Positions 13,500 through 24,524 of a stretch of 64,000 nucleotides of DNA are shown here, in pieces. Made by a program: the position numbers and the translations under genes. This DNA is from Macrostomum lignano (Eukaryota): the NCBI GenBank assembly GCA_002269645.1, contig NIVC01000822.1, positions 186,001 to 250,000 on the forward strand. The letters run 5' to 3'. The notes beneath the pieces are model-generated. The model worked only from the letters and a program-made list of their open reading frames with translations. It was not told where the DNA came from and searched no databases. Each line of letters starts with the position of its first letter. Within the stretch, counting starts at the first letter, position 1.

Positions 13500-13895
13500 C
13501 GAAGTACCGCGGCGTAAGCAATTACCGGGCAAGGCGTATTTCAAGCGTAGCACTGGCGTATGCCAGGCTGGCAACATGCGTATCTCAAGCGTACCGCGGG
13601 CGTAAGCTTAGCGGGCAAGGCGTATTTCAAGCGTACCGCGAGCGTTAACCCCACCCCAAACCCCAGCTGGTTAGGCGTGCGTGGGCGGTTTCTAGGCGTA
13701 TTTTTGGCGGTTTCTGAAAATGTGCCTCAGTTTTACGCCTGTTTTACGCTTCTTTACGCACAACCTGCTATGTTTACGCCAAGTTTACGCGAAGCTCCCC
13801 CATCCTCCCCATAGCCGCGCACCCCCACCCACCCCTCCCCCGGAGCGTTTTTAAAGCGCATTTTAGGCGTATTTTGCGCTCCGTTTTCCAGCGGG
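13500..13895. repeat. Right subterminal repeats and TIR of the CMC element
   Basis: Repeated gcgta/ttacgc motifs ending in CCGTTTTCCAGCGGG. Confidence 0.8.
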
Positions 13896-14147
13896 AAGGA
13901 GAGGCAGAGGCCATGAGTTTGTCTGACATTCTGCGCAGCACCTCAACCAACAATAATGTTTGCTTCAAATAATAATTTTACATGAATGTACTCTATTTTA
14001 TGTTTAACTCTATCCTAAATTCCATATATTAAAAAAAAGTTTTTGTTTACGTATGACTTCAGATTTTAGAATACATGCAAAAATATTTCTAGGGATTGGA
14101 GTTCCCTGGGTTCAAAATCCGCGGGTTTCAACAGCTTGTAGATATAT

Positions 14148-14730
14148 AGATAGGTTGGTAGGTAGGTAGGTAGGTACATAGTTTTGATTTTTTAGTATAT
14201 TAGACTAGCATATCAATGCCCCCTTTGGGGGAAGAAAAACACGCTTCTAATATCTTAGAAAATAAAAAAACTATTAAACGGAATAACACTATGTTCTGTT
14301 ATCACTATTATCACGCTATGTTTTTACCTAGATATCCCCCTATATTATTCCTTATAAGTAGTATGAGTTTATGCAACTCTGCCGCACTTGCACTGCGGAG
14401 ATAGGCGGTAATGTAAAAGGATAGGAAGGCGTAAAAGAGCCAGCTGAGATAGCCAATGGAAATAAGGGGCGTGGGGTAGGTGTGCGATTGGCTGGATGGC
14501 GGGTGGTGAAACGCTTATGCAGCTCTGCCGCACTGGGGGAGGCAGGTAGCAAAGCAAATAATTGGAAGGTTTTGGAATAGCAGAGTAAACAAATTAAAAA
14601 CAAGGTAGGCATAGCGTGGAAACGTCCACCTCAATTTGTGCCTGGCCTATGCAACTCCTCGGCGTCCCCACTGTGCTTATCCTATAGCATGCCTATGCAA
14701 CTCTGCCGCACTATTTGTCAGTGCGGAGTG
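14148..14730. repeat. (TAGG)n microsatellite followed by four copies of ATGCA(A/G)CTC(TGCCGCACT), two of them with a CCGCAC...TGCGG hairpin
   Basis: Copies near 14371, 14516, 14650 and 14695; hairpins ccgcacttgcactgcgg and ccgcactatttgtcagtgcgg. Confidence 0.55.
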
Positions 14731-15199
14731 AAATAGATAAGAGAGAGGCTCTGGTCTTCTTGGGTGTCTGCCTCTGGCGCACTGGCATTGTTATTAAATG
14801 AGCAATAAACTTTGTAACGGGTTGTGTTGTGGGGTGGGCTTCTTGCTGCTCTGATATGATTGGAGGGGGTAGTGAATATAATAGTACGAGCGTACGAGCG
14901 TACTTGTATTATAGCATATAATAATACATAAATAAAAAAGACGAGAGAAGAAATAAACAAGATAAAGACCCCTAGTGGTTCATATATATATACCAATATG
15001 CACTAAATACAGTGCATATATATAGTGCATATAGTGCATATTGGTATATATATATATACGAGTATACAGTAATTAATCCGAGACCTGGACTGACTTGGAC
15101 TGTTCTACTTTCACAAGCAATCACACTAATAGCTTTGAAAATTAAAACAAAAAGCAAGACTGAGGCAACCTTCTCAACTTTTGAAGTTTGTCTAAGCTG

Positions 15200-15440
15200 C
15201 GAAAAAAAGTGTTCTTGGAGCACTTAAGACAGGTCGCCATCTAAACTGTAAGCGCTGTACATGGTCTGTCTGCTGGCAGTGTGGCATTATAAAGCCTGGG
15301 AAAAATAGCTCGGCCTCTCGCCATCGAGGACACCAGCTGCTGCCCTCTGGTGATGAAGGGATCCGCAATTTGCGACGTAATGTTCTCCAAAAAGCGCAGG
15401 AGCAAGAAAAGAAGCAGGCTGCGAGAAAGCAAGTTCTTAA
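15200..15440 (+). pseudogene. Possible B-box-like zinc finger plus coiled-coil remnant
   Basis: Frame reads HLNCKRCTWSVCWQC...SRHRGHQL...QKAQEQEKKQAARKQ; no start codon or context. Confidence 0.3.
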
Positions 15441-15523
15441 CGAGGTCATCAACGTTGTAGTCGCAGAAGCCAATAGCGATGATGATTTTGTCGGCCGTGG
15501 AACTGCACATCATTCCGTTGAAC

Positions 15524-15816
15524 ATCATTCCGCTCGGGTGATAGGCCGTAGTCCGTGTCTTATGGATTCTAAGCAGAGTGCACAGCTCGCGCATCACGCT
15601 GGACTCAAAATTGCGTCCCTGGTCACTGTGAATCGAACTTGGGCAACCATAGACACTGATCCAGTGGGCAAAGATTGCTCGAGCGACGGTGTGAGCTCTC
15701 TGATTGCGGATCGGGATCGCTTCTGGCCACTTAGAAAACACGTCCTGCAGCGTCAGGATGTACTGGTTGCCTCTGGCACTTCTTGGCAACGGCCCAACAA
15801 TGTCCACCATCACTCT
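15524..15816 (-). pseudogene. Isolated Ty3/gypsy integrase core fragment
   Basis: VMVDIVGPLP...QDVFSKWPEAIP...HSDQGRNFES...TTAYHPSG; truncated before the catalytic Glu. Confidence 0.9.
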
Positions 15817-16729
15817 CTGAAGCAGGCTGCAAGAAAGCAAGTTCTTCCCCTAGTGCCATCGTTTGTTTCAGCAACGTTGGCATGGTTGTCAATGCACTGT
15901 GCTCATCAACATTGTTGTCTATTAGTTGCAGAAAGGTTGTGGAAACGTTGACATGTGTTTCAAGATTAAACCTGTGCCATTTTTCAAAAGTCTTAAAATA
16001 ATTTTGTTGCAATTACTTAGAAATGCCATGTAGACATAAAACGCCAACATCACAATATACTAAATTGTCGTAAATCAAAATCGCTCGAAGAATTTCTAAA
16101 GTAACTAATTCTACTTTGTTTAAACTTTTATTTTTAAATTGGTTTGTCAACAATGTAACGGTTGTTCCTCTCCATTTTACAGATTAGCCTAGGCCTACTG
16201 TCTAAATCAGTGAATGGGTCCGTTTCTAACTGTCTAATAAATTAGATTTAAATCAATCTACTATAGTAAATTATTTCGATTCAGTGTTTTTCAAGTAGTA
16301 TAATTATTTGTATTGACTTTTTGTTCATTGAATTCTTATTGTTCCAATAGAAAGTATTGTATTAATTATTTTAATTAGAATCCTTGGACATTATAGACGT
16401 AATTTGTTGTGGCTTGTGGTCATTAATCCAAATTCCCAAGTAGCTGTAGTAGTTGTTTGTTCCGAAGTATTAGTTATAGACATAAGCAGGGCAGTAATTT
16501 TCATTTTATTCTATTTAAAATTGTACCTTTCTTCATTAGGCCTTAGACTTACCCTAGCTAGGCTGTTTCGCAATTTGTTATATCATATAAAAAATGCTTC
16601 TTTTTTATCTTACACCTGGAATTTTTCTACTTGCCTGGTTGGCCTTATGGTAACTAACAATGATAATGATATTACTAGTGATAGGCCTATGCATGAAACC
16701 AAGGCATCACAAGGTGAATCTAATACTGG

Positions 16730-17534
16730 TGTGACGTTGTCAGTTTAAGGTGGTCCCGAAAAGGGCCGTTGGACTACTGTTTCTCCATAGTTTCAACCCT
16801 TCAGTTTCACCGTTTCAACTAAACTTTTCCATTTGTTTATTGCGACGTTTACTTGTAGTAGTGCCCAACGATTTTGTGGCAATTTCTAATTCACTGTATA
16901 TTTTGCTATCCTCTCTCGCGACCGTATAAAATTGGCACGATCGATAATTTTAAGTTCTCTCGCCAGCCAATGAAGATCACTCGTGCTTCGCGCTACCCCC
17001 CCTCTGCGCTCCTTTATTAAACCCCCGCCTGGCGGCGGGCACTCCTCACTCCTGTCCTTATCTGTGCTTCTCTCTTCCTCCCGGCCTGTCCTTGGCCTTG
17101 TGTGTGTTTTTACGGCCTTGTTTTCCTTCTCTCTGTCTGGCTGCCTCGAGCCTCCTTGCCTCACGCCACGACTGACGCCAACTTCGCCACTGCTCATCTG
17201 CCTACTGCGTCTCACTGCCTTCACTGTACTCATTGCCATTGATCATCACGTTACATCGCCACTGCATCACTCGTCTGTCGCTTGAACTCACATCCAATTT
17301 ATCTTAAAAGAAACCATTGTTGCAGCCGCCAGTGCCTAGAAAGCCATAGTTTGTCATTTGCCAGTAACAACCAACTTACTATTTATATTGATAATAAAAA
17401 CCGACTACGGCAGTTTCCTGCCCTTATTGCCAAGTGCTCCGCTACACCATCCACTTCGCCTAAGTTGACTTCAACTTACTTTGGGACTAAAACGGCCCTT
17501 TTAAGGGTCACGGCCAACATCAAATAACGTGACA
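16730..17534 (+). mobile_element. Solo LTR of the gypsy family at 21748-31061 (diverged variant)
   Basis: TGTGACG...CGTGACA ends, 4-bp TSD CTGG (16726-16729 and 17535-17538), clear similarity to 30241-31061 with a diverged central part. Confidence 0.92.
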
Positions 17535-17894
17535 CTGGCACTCCTATAGTGGTGAACTTAAACCACACAGGCATGGCTATAGCCACAGCCACAGGTAATT
17601 AAAATAAGCTAGTGAATATTTAATTGTTTTTAAAAAGTAAAAATTAAGCATTTAAAAATGTCTTTATCTTTAACTTCTCATTTTTAATTAGATCATTATA
17701 TCATAAACATTGTTTAGGCCCACTTGTCCTACAAGGTTATAGTAGGCGAACATTACAACGACATTACAAGTACATTAAAGTGTTGGTTAGAAGTGTAAAA
17801 ATATCTGATCTGGTGCAGACAGTTGCTGACAATGTCACTGAACTGTGAAACATCGGTACTGCAATCAAATTTTTATTAGAACTTTTCCTTTCAG

Positions 17895-18594
17895 TTTCTG
17901 TTCTTCAAGCGGCTGACAAGCCCGAATTTGCCGAAATCATTATCAAACATCCTATTTCACATTCTGGACAACAGTCTAGCATGCCTATTCAGCCTCCGCA
18001 GTGCCAAGCGATCTGGAGTGGCAAAGCTCTGTTTTGAATCCACCGGCGTGCTGCCTTTCATTAAAAGTGAGCAAACAATGTTGATAATCTTTTTAAAATG
18101 TTTTTCGTGCTTGGACAAGCATATTGGGCACTAAAGCACGTTTATTTATTTTATTTTTTATTTTTTTATTTTTTTTATTTTATTTATTTATTTTTATTTA
18201 TTTATTTATTTTTAATTAATTTATTTAATTTATTTATTTATTTATTTATTTATTATTGCGTTTTTGCAGACGAAACAATTTTACTCCCACAGTCGTTATC
18301 TGGAGCTGTCACAAAAATGCAAAAGGTGAAGCAATAGAGTCTGCTGTCGCTGACCATCTCCGCCACGCGGGCACCCAGCATCGAAGAAAAGTACGTCTTT
18401 CCACACCCACTCGGCAGACAACGGTCCACCATCATGCTCAGCAGACTCCCGCTTTCCCTGGTGGCCAAGCTCCATCTAGCGACAAGGAAGACGAGGGCAA
18501 CATGGGGGATGGCAGCGGCGACGATGATAGCGATAACAAGGGGGAAACTGACGTCATCGTTTCTTCTGGTGACATTCAACTTTTTTCTCTCTAA
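17895..18594 (+). pseudogene. Remnant exons of a DUF4806/BEN-like CMC accessory gene
   Basis: ILFHILDNSLACLFS...KLCFESTGV, then GTGAG intron with (TTTA)n, TTGCAG, then KGEAIESAVADHLRHAG. Confidence 0.45.
18138..18256. repeat. (TTTA)n-type AT-rich microsatellite
   Basis: Directly visible. Confidence 0.9.
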
Positions 18595-19892
18595 GTCTAA
18601 ATTAAACTAAAATAGCTTCCAGTTTGGACCTTATACCGAATAGGGCGAACTGAGTTACATTTCGATTCGACTTAGGAGGCCAGAATTATCCTCGCCAAGA
18701 AGATTTCCTACCTGGACAATTAGGGGGACCTTTTATCAAAATAGCTAAGCCGTCTGTCCCTGCAAAATTAACAGTTTTCCCAGCAAAATAATTTTTAGAC
18801 TTCTTTTTGTGTCGGGGATACAGCTAATGAGCTTTGTTTTGACAAATTAATTTCTAGCTTATAGCTTTGAAAAAATTCGAGACCTTTTTTGAAGTTCTCG
18901 ACTTCTCGTGAATCGTCCCCAAAAATTACTTGATTGTCGCAGTAGAACAAGTTGTTGATAATGATTTCCCCATGCTTAATGAATGTTTCGTTGCAAAAGA
19001 AATGTTAGCATACGTATATAGTAAGAAGAGTAGAGGGATAGGGGACACCCTTGCCTTGCTCCATTAGTTATGGCCTTTTTGTCCAGTACAGTGCAGTGCC
19101 TATATCAAGAGTCATACAGTGCGTCCAGTAGTAGACTACAAGTATGCATCCCAGTTTGTCTGAACTATACCTTAAGTAGTGACTAAATTTATGAAGTTAA
19201 TCGCATAACTAATTAGTAACGACTAAGTTCCAGCATTTTTTCATGTACACCTATAATCTATAGTGCCAGAAGTCTCATAATCGGTTGCTTTTGCTCACCT
19301 ATTTAATTTTTCTTCTTATACTATTGCTCTCCTGTTTCAGTAAATACACTGTACATCATTCAAAAACTTAACGAACCATTACGGAAATTAAAAAGGCATT
19401 GATATACTTTTTTCGATGTTTGTTATTGTCTATGGCTTAAGAACTCGTATTTATTAACTCATTGTTTATGCTCCGGGTACTTCCACCTAATGCGGGAAAG
19501 TACGAAACAATTAGCCGCTGCGGATCATTAATGGAATTTTTGCATTAGGCAATCATACAAAATATATTCTTACAAATATAATACTGTATATAAGCCTACT
19601 AGCGAAGGTTGCACAAAGGTTGACTTAGGTTGATGTGTCAACCTTGACACCGCAACCGAGCAGGCACGTTGTTACGCGCGTCAAATGAGAGCTTCCTGCA
19701 ACCATTGCACATTGGTTGAGTGTCAACATTACTGCAACATTCCTGCAACCTAAATGGCACTAGGGGCTTAACGAGGTCATCAACGTTGTAGTCACAGAAG
19801 CCAATAGCGATGATGATTTTGTCGGCCGTGGAACTGCACATCATTCCGTTGAACCGCTTGTTCGTCAGCCGCCACATATTCGGGGTAAACAG

Positions 19893-20100
19893 CCCTATGA
19901 AAAATTGGCCCGAATTTTCGCCCGAAAACATGAAATTGGGCCCAGAACTTTAAATTTTTCGGTTGAAAACTAAAAAGCGGTCGATTCACCCGGAAAGCAC
20001 GCCGACAAAACGGTTGAAACTAAATCGGGCGAAAAAGCGGGACTTTCGCCCGGAACGCTGGAAAGCAGAAACCCAGACGTTCGGGTCTATAGCCCGTTTT
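19893..20100 (+). mobile_element. Probable left terminus of another CCC-ended CMC element; partner TIR not found
   Basis: CCCTATGAAAAATTGGCCCG followed by ttcgcccg / cgggcgaa / cggttgaaa subterminal-type repeats. Confidence 0.4.
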
Positions 20101-22151
20101 TTCTAAAAGCGTGTCCTGAGGGACTTTGACGTGACGATGCTGATTAAAAAGGAGCAGGAAAGCTAGGTGCGAAAATGGAGATTAAAGCCTACACATGAAG
20201 CCTTTGAGTTTTTGGGACTTCAATTTTTATACACTTTAAATAAACTTGTAACGTACCAAATCAACTAGAAACAATTAAAGTGGTACATGTATATATATTA
20301 TTTTCAGTAAAATTATCGCTATCAACTAACTGAGTTCCCGGCAGGTTTTTGTGCTATTAGGGATAAAAATCTCAGGTTTCACGATTCAACAATACATTGT
20401 TTATTATTTAAAAAAAGTACGGTTATACAAGCAGTTGATTGATCACAATGATGGGAAATTAATTATCTGAATCTCTGTTCGTCTGATGGGAAAATTAAAT
20501 TAATCTTTTTAAAAAAATTGTCGAAATCACTTATTCGCGTACTCTAAATACCTTTTTCTGAATTTGCTATTCACAAGCTAAAAGCTTTTTTATTAAGTAT
20601 TTGCTTTGCTTTTTACTCTTTCATCGTGCTGACTAATGAGAAAAATGAAACTATTATGTTTGTTTTTTGTTACTCGAAAATAAAGGAAACTTTTTTGTTT
20701 GTTTTTTTGTTACTCGAAAATATTTAAATTTCAGACGCCACGTTTGAACAGACTTCTGAGTTTTATCGTGACTCGTGAAGCATGTTTTGTATAATTAATC
20801 ATAATCTAATGGACAAAGTTTATTTAACTTCAGAAATAGTCAATGCGGGTTATTTCACTAAATGAGTCAATAACAAGGCCTGACCCCCTGCCCCTGTCCT
20901 GGTTCGGGAATTGGCAGCCACTATAGTAAATTATAGTTAAATATAAAGTAGTCCAGTCTCAACAGGCTGAATAATAATTTTGGATGAGAAATATGTCATT
21001 TGTTTTTTATAATGACGTCAATCAGTCTGCACTATGCATAAACTGAAAAATAATTTAATAAATTTGTGTTGTCGATTGCTAGCGATTAGCCTATTTTATC
21101 ACAAACTTAAAGAGTAAGAAAAAAATAGAAAAATAATTTAGAAAACTTATCCTAATAAAATATTTCATCTATCGTAAAGATATATTGTGATTGTATATGA
21201 GCACATAGAGAGCTTGCTGTATGGTAAGAAATTTTAGAACATAAGTAAGAAATCAATTAAAAAATAGTGTGAAGTCCAAATATAAAACTAACAATTATTA
21301 ATATGATATTTACATTTACTTTAGTTTGTATAGTCTATATAGTACTTTTTAGAAAGCTGTGTATTCAAATATTACATATTTTTACAATGCATACTTTATT
21401 TTATATTTTAATAGATATAAATTTTATTAACTTATTATATTCCAAAGGAACCTAAAGCCTAGAACTTAACATTTTACAAAGAAATTAATAACCTAAAAAT
21501 TTTTGCAACTAAACATATTCCCAGAGATAGAGGCCCTTTATATCTTATATAGAAAAAATTATTTTAGCTCTTATGTGAATTTTTAGATCCAATTGTCTGA
21601 ACATGTTTTGTAGAATAAACATTCATCATCAGATTTACATTCTAAAGCACTGTACTTATACAGTTATACTTGTAATTAAGAAGATTATTAATGATAAATT
21701 TAGTGGCCTTTTAATTTAGGTTTTTATTTAATTTATTTTTTAATTTACGGCCCCTCTGCCTGGGCCAGCCTGCTCACACACTTACTTAACTGTCTCACGC
21801 CACGACCGACGCCAAACCCGCCACTACGTTTCACTGCCTTCACTGTGCTCATAGCCTCTGCTCACGTCACATCGCCATTGTGTCATTCGCCTGCCACTTG
21901 ACTTCATATCCAAATTATATTCAACCCATTGTTGCAGCCGCCAGTGCCCAGAAAGCTATAGTCTGTTTATTGCCAGTAACAACCAAACTTAATACTGATA
22001 TTAACAATAAAGACAACTACGGCAGTTCCTGCCTTTATCGCCAAGTGCTCCGCTACACCATCCACTTCGCCTGAGTTGACTTCAACTTATTTTGGGACTA
22101 AAACGGCCCTTTTAAGGGTCACGGCCAACATCAAATAACGTGACATAATTT

Positions 22152-22168
22152 TGGAGGTCCCACCGAGA
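22152..22168 (+). promoter_or_regulatory. Primer-binding site complementary to the tRNA-Gln 3' end
   Basis: TGGAGGTCCCACCGAGA is the reverse complement of the eukaryotic tRNA-Gln end TCTCGGTGGGACCT-CCA; it starts 7 nt after the LTR end. Confidence 0.8.
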
Positions 22169-22330
22169 CTCCTGCTCAGCACTGCCGGCTCGCAACTAAG
22201 TCAGTGCCATCAAGACTTCTGCTCAGCCCTGCCAGCTCGTAATCAGCGCCATCAAGACTTCGTCTCAGTCCTGCCAGTTTGCAACCAAGCACCAGCGAGA
22301 CTTCTGCTCAGCTCTGCCGGCTCGTGACTG
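22165..22330. repeat. Four ~43-bp tandem repeats in the gypsy A 5' leader
   Basis: (g/a)agact(t/c)ctgctcagc(a/c/t)ctgcc(g/a)gctcg units. Confidence 0.7.
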
Positions 22331-22785
22331 AGCACCTGCCTGCCTGTGCTACGCCTGAGGTTCGGTCCGCAAGGCTGCAAGAGCCTGTGCCACGTCAGGC
22401 CCAGGGGTCCTGACTGCCCGGCTGGTCTTCGCTCGTCGCCGCGGGTCGTCGCTGGCCGTCGCCCTGAGCAACGCGCGCTGTCAACTGCGTTGAGCTCGAG
22501 CTTACGCTCTGCCAAGATAGCTCCGCTGCGTGTGCCAAGCCACGCCAGGTTACGCTGTGCGCTGATTGTTTGTAGGGACTATTGCCTGACAGTTAGTCTG
22601 GGTGGTTTGCGTGATAGGAATCTCCCCTATTATAGGCTTTTTGTGGTTTGCCCCTGTCAGGCACGTATTCTTGTTAGTAGGACGCAATCTCTCTCATCTC
22701 TCTCGCGTCATCAACCTCAATTCGTTTTCTCTGGAGCCTTATTTTCGTTCACGCTTGGTTCATTCGTCTCACTCAATCTTGCACA

Positions 22786-23907
22786 ATGTCCGACAACGGG
22801 GACAACCACGCTGCAGCGTCATTGGCTGACGGAGATGCCGTCGTGCCAGATCAGGACGCAGTCGATGCCGGCGAGCAGCCAGCAGGCGCAGCTGCTGCCG
22901 CCGCGCCAGCTTCTAGTGAGCAACTCTTGCTGACTCAAACCTTAGCCTCTCTTCACCGGATGCTCGAAGAGCGTCTCGCCGTTTCCTCGCCGTCAGCGCC
23001 AAATTCCTCGCCGCCTGCGAAGCCAGACATACGCCTTCGCCCTCCAATCGCTTATCAGCCGAAGATGAACTTTGATACGTGGGAAGCTCAGCTTACTTCG
23101 TATCTAGCCACTTGCCGCGTTCCTGAGGACCAGAAGTCCGCCATTGTCGTATCTTTGCTGTCAGCCGAATGCCAAGAGGTTTATCTTAATTACCGGTGTG
23201 ACCAGTTGCCTTTCGAATCTGCGCTTCGGTTGCTCAGGGAAAGGTACACCGATGCCAAGAAGAAGGACAAGGCCTACGTAGAATTAGTTGCTGCCGCCCA
23301 ATCTCATAATGAGCAAATGTCTGACTTCTTTGACAGACTGGTCTCCTATTCTAGACTAGCGGGTCTCTCGCTCGCTGAAGCGAAGCCCCTACTCAAGGCC
23401 AGATTCTGTCATGGGCTGAGGGATAAGGACCTCGCCGAAAAGCTCCTCCTATGGGATCAGGAAACCGACAGTGCCACCTCTGCAGAAGAGCTGATGCAGA
23501 AGGCCAAAGATCTTGTCGGGGTCCGCCAGCTTCTGAATGTGCCTTCTACTATAGCCAAGGTTCGTGCCATAGAACCTGACGCTGAGAAGAAAGCGTTAGA
23601 ACAGAGGGTCGCCGAGCTTGAGAAGATGGTGACCGACCAAGCCAATAGATTAAGCCAGACCACTCCGCCTGTCACCACCAATCAGGGGCCCACTCGCACA
23701 GAGCCCACTGGGGGCCCACCACAAGTTAGCCAAACCTATAGACAGCCTAGGCCAGCTCCTCGCCCTCCGCGGGCTTGCCATCGATGCGGCCAGACCGATC
23801 ACCTGATCGCTGACTGCCCATCGCCCTCGCCGAGACCACAGTCGCCAAAGCAGCCCCGGGGAGCCAAAATCAGCAGCCCAGCCGTGGAAAAGTCACGACT
23901 GAACTAG
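22786..23907 (+). CDS. gag: Gag with CCHC zinc knuckle
   Basis: 373-aa ORF; CHRCGQTDHLIADC; capsid-like helical region; ends LN*. Confidence 0.9.
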   Translation: MSDNGDNHAAASLADGDAVVPDQDAVDAGEQPAGAAAAAAPASSEQLLLTQTLASLHRMLEERLAVSSPSAPNSSPPAKPDIRLRPPIAYQPKMNFDTWEAQLTSYLATCRVPEDQKSAIVVSLLSAECQEVYLNYRCDQLPFESALRLLRERYTDAKKKDKAYVELVAAAQSHNEQMSDFFDRLVSYSRLAGLSLAEAKPLLKARFCHGLRDKDLAEKLLLWDQETDSATSAEELMQKAKDLVGVRQLLNVPSTIAKVRAIEPDAEKKALEQRVAELEKMVTDQANRLSQTTPPVTTNQGPTRTEPTGGPPQVSQTYRQPRPAPRPPRACHRCGQTDHLIADCPSPSPRPQSPKQPRGAKISSPAVEKSRLN

Positions 23908-24521
23908 GAACCATTGCCACATGGTCTCAGAATTACGGGTTCATCCAATCTGAGCACCTACCAGAGAAATTGTTTGTCCACATTAGCCAACTGTCTCCCA
24001 GCCTGCGTAGCCTAGTCGACCCCGGGCGCCAGCACGACAAGGCCTGTAATGTGCAACCTCAGCCAGGGGACAGTGATCCGCAATGCCGACAAGGGGGGTA
24101 CACGGCTGACACCTTTGAGTCTAGCTATTTCGTGCAGCTAGGAGTAGGAGACTCTAAAGTTCTGGCCTGCCTAGACTCAGGCGCCAATGCCAGCATCATG
24201 GGTGCTGACGTGAAAGCCAAACTGGTCGCAGCTGACCCCGTCAATAACATATTCACGCCTAGTGCTAATAGGCAGCGCGCCACCGCCTTCGGCGGCTCTC
24301 AGGTAGACATCCTAGGGTCGCTACGCTGCGAAATCAACTTAGGTAATACGACTAAACAGCATGTATTCCTAGTCACTGCTTACTGTACCACGGAAGCCCT
24401 GTTAGGCATGGATTTCCTGCGCAGCTTCGAGATGCTGTTAGACTTCAACTCTGGCCGAGCTTTAGTAGCAGGGGTGTCAGTGCCAGTCATTGAGGGGGAC
24501 AAGGGAATTTTCCAACTCTGA
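23901..24521 (+). CDS. Pol N-terminal part in the -1 frame relative to gag: cold-shock-like domain followed by aspartic protease
   Basis: ELGTIATWSQNYGFIQSEHLPEKLFVHISQL (RNP1/RNP2-like), then ACLDSGANASIMG and EALLGMDFL protease motifs. Confidence 0.8.
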   Translation, partial: ELGTIATWSQNYGFIQSEHLPEKLFVHISQLSPSLRSLVDPGRQHDKACNVQPQPGDSDPQCRQGGYTADTFESSYFVQLGVGDSKVLACLDSGANASIMGADVKAKLVAADPVNNIFTPSANRQRATAFGGSQVDILGSLRCEINLGNTTKQHVFLVTAYCTTEALLGMDFLRSFEMLLDFNSGRALVAGVSVPVIEGDKGIFQL

Positions 24522-24524
24522 CGA

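Larger units (their letters stand above)
4798..13895 (+). mobile_element. Full-length CACTA/EnSpm (CMC superfamily) DNA transposon, 9,098 bp
   Basis: Left end CCCGCTGGAAAATGGTGC; right-end reverse complement CCCGCTGGAAAACGGAGC; flanking AAG duplication at 4795-4797 and 13896-13898; TTACGC/GCGTAA-rich subterminal repeats at both ends; internal transposase and second gene. Confidence 0.92.
15847..19766. mobile_element. Non-autonomous CMC/EnSpm-like element, 3,920 bp
   Basis: Perfect 13-bp TIR CCCCTAGTGCCAT / ATGGCACTAGGGG; CTT duplication at 15844-15846 and 19767-19769; caac/gttg-rich subtermini; an empty-site copy is present at 15430-15445. Confidence 0.9.
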
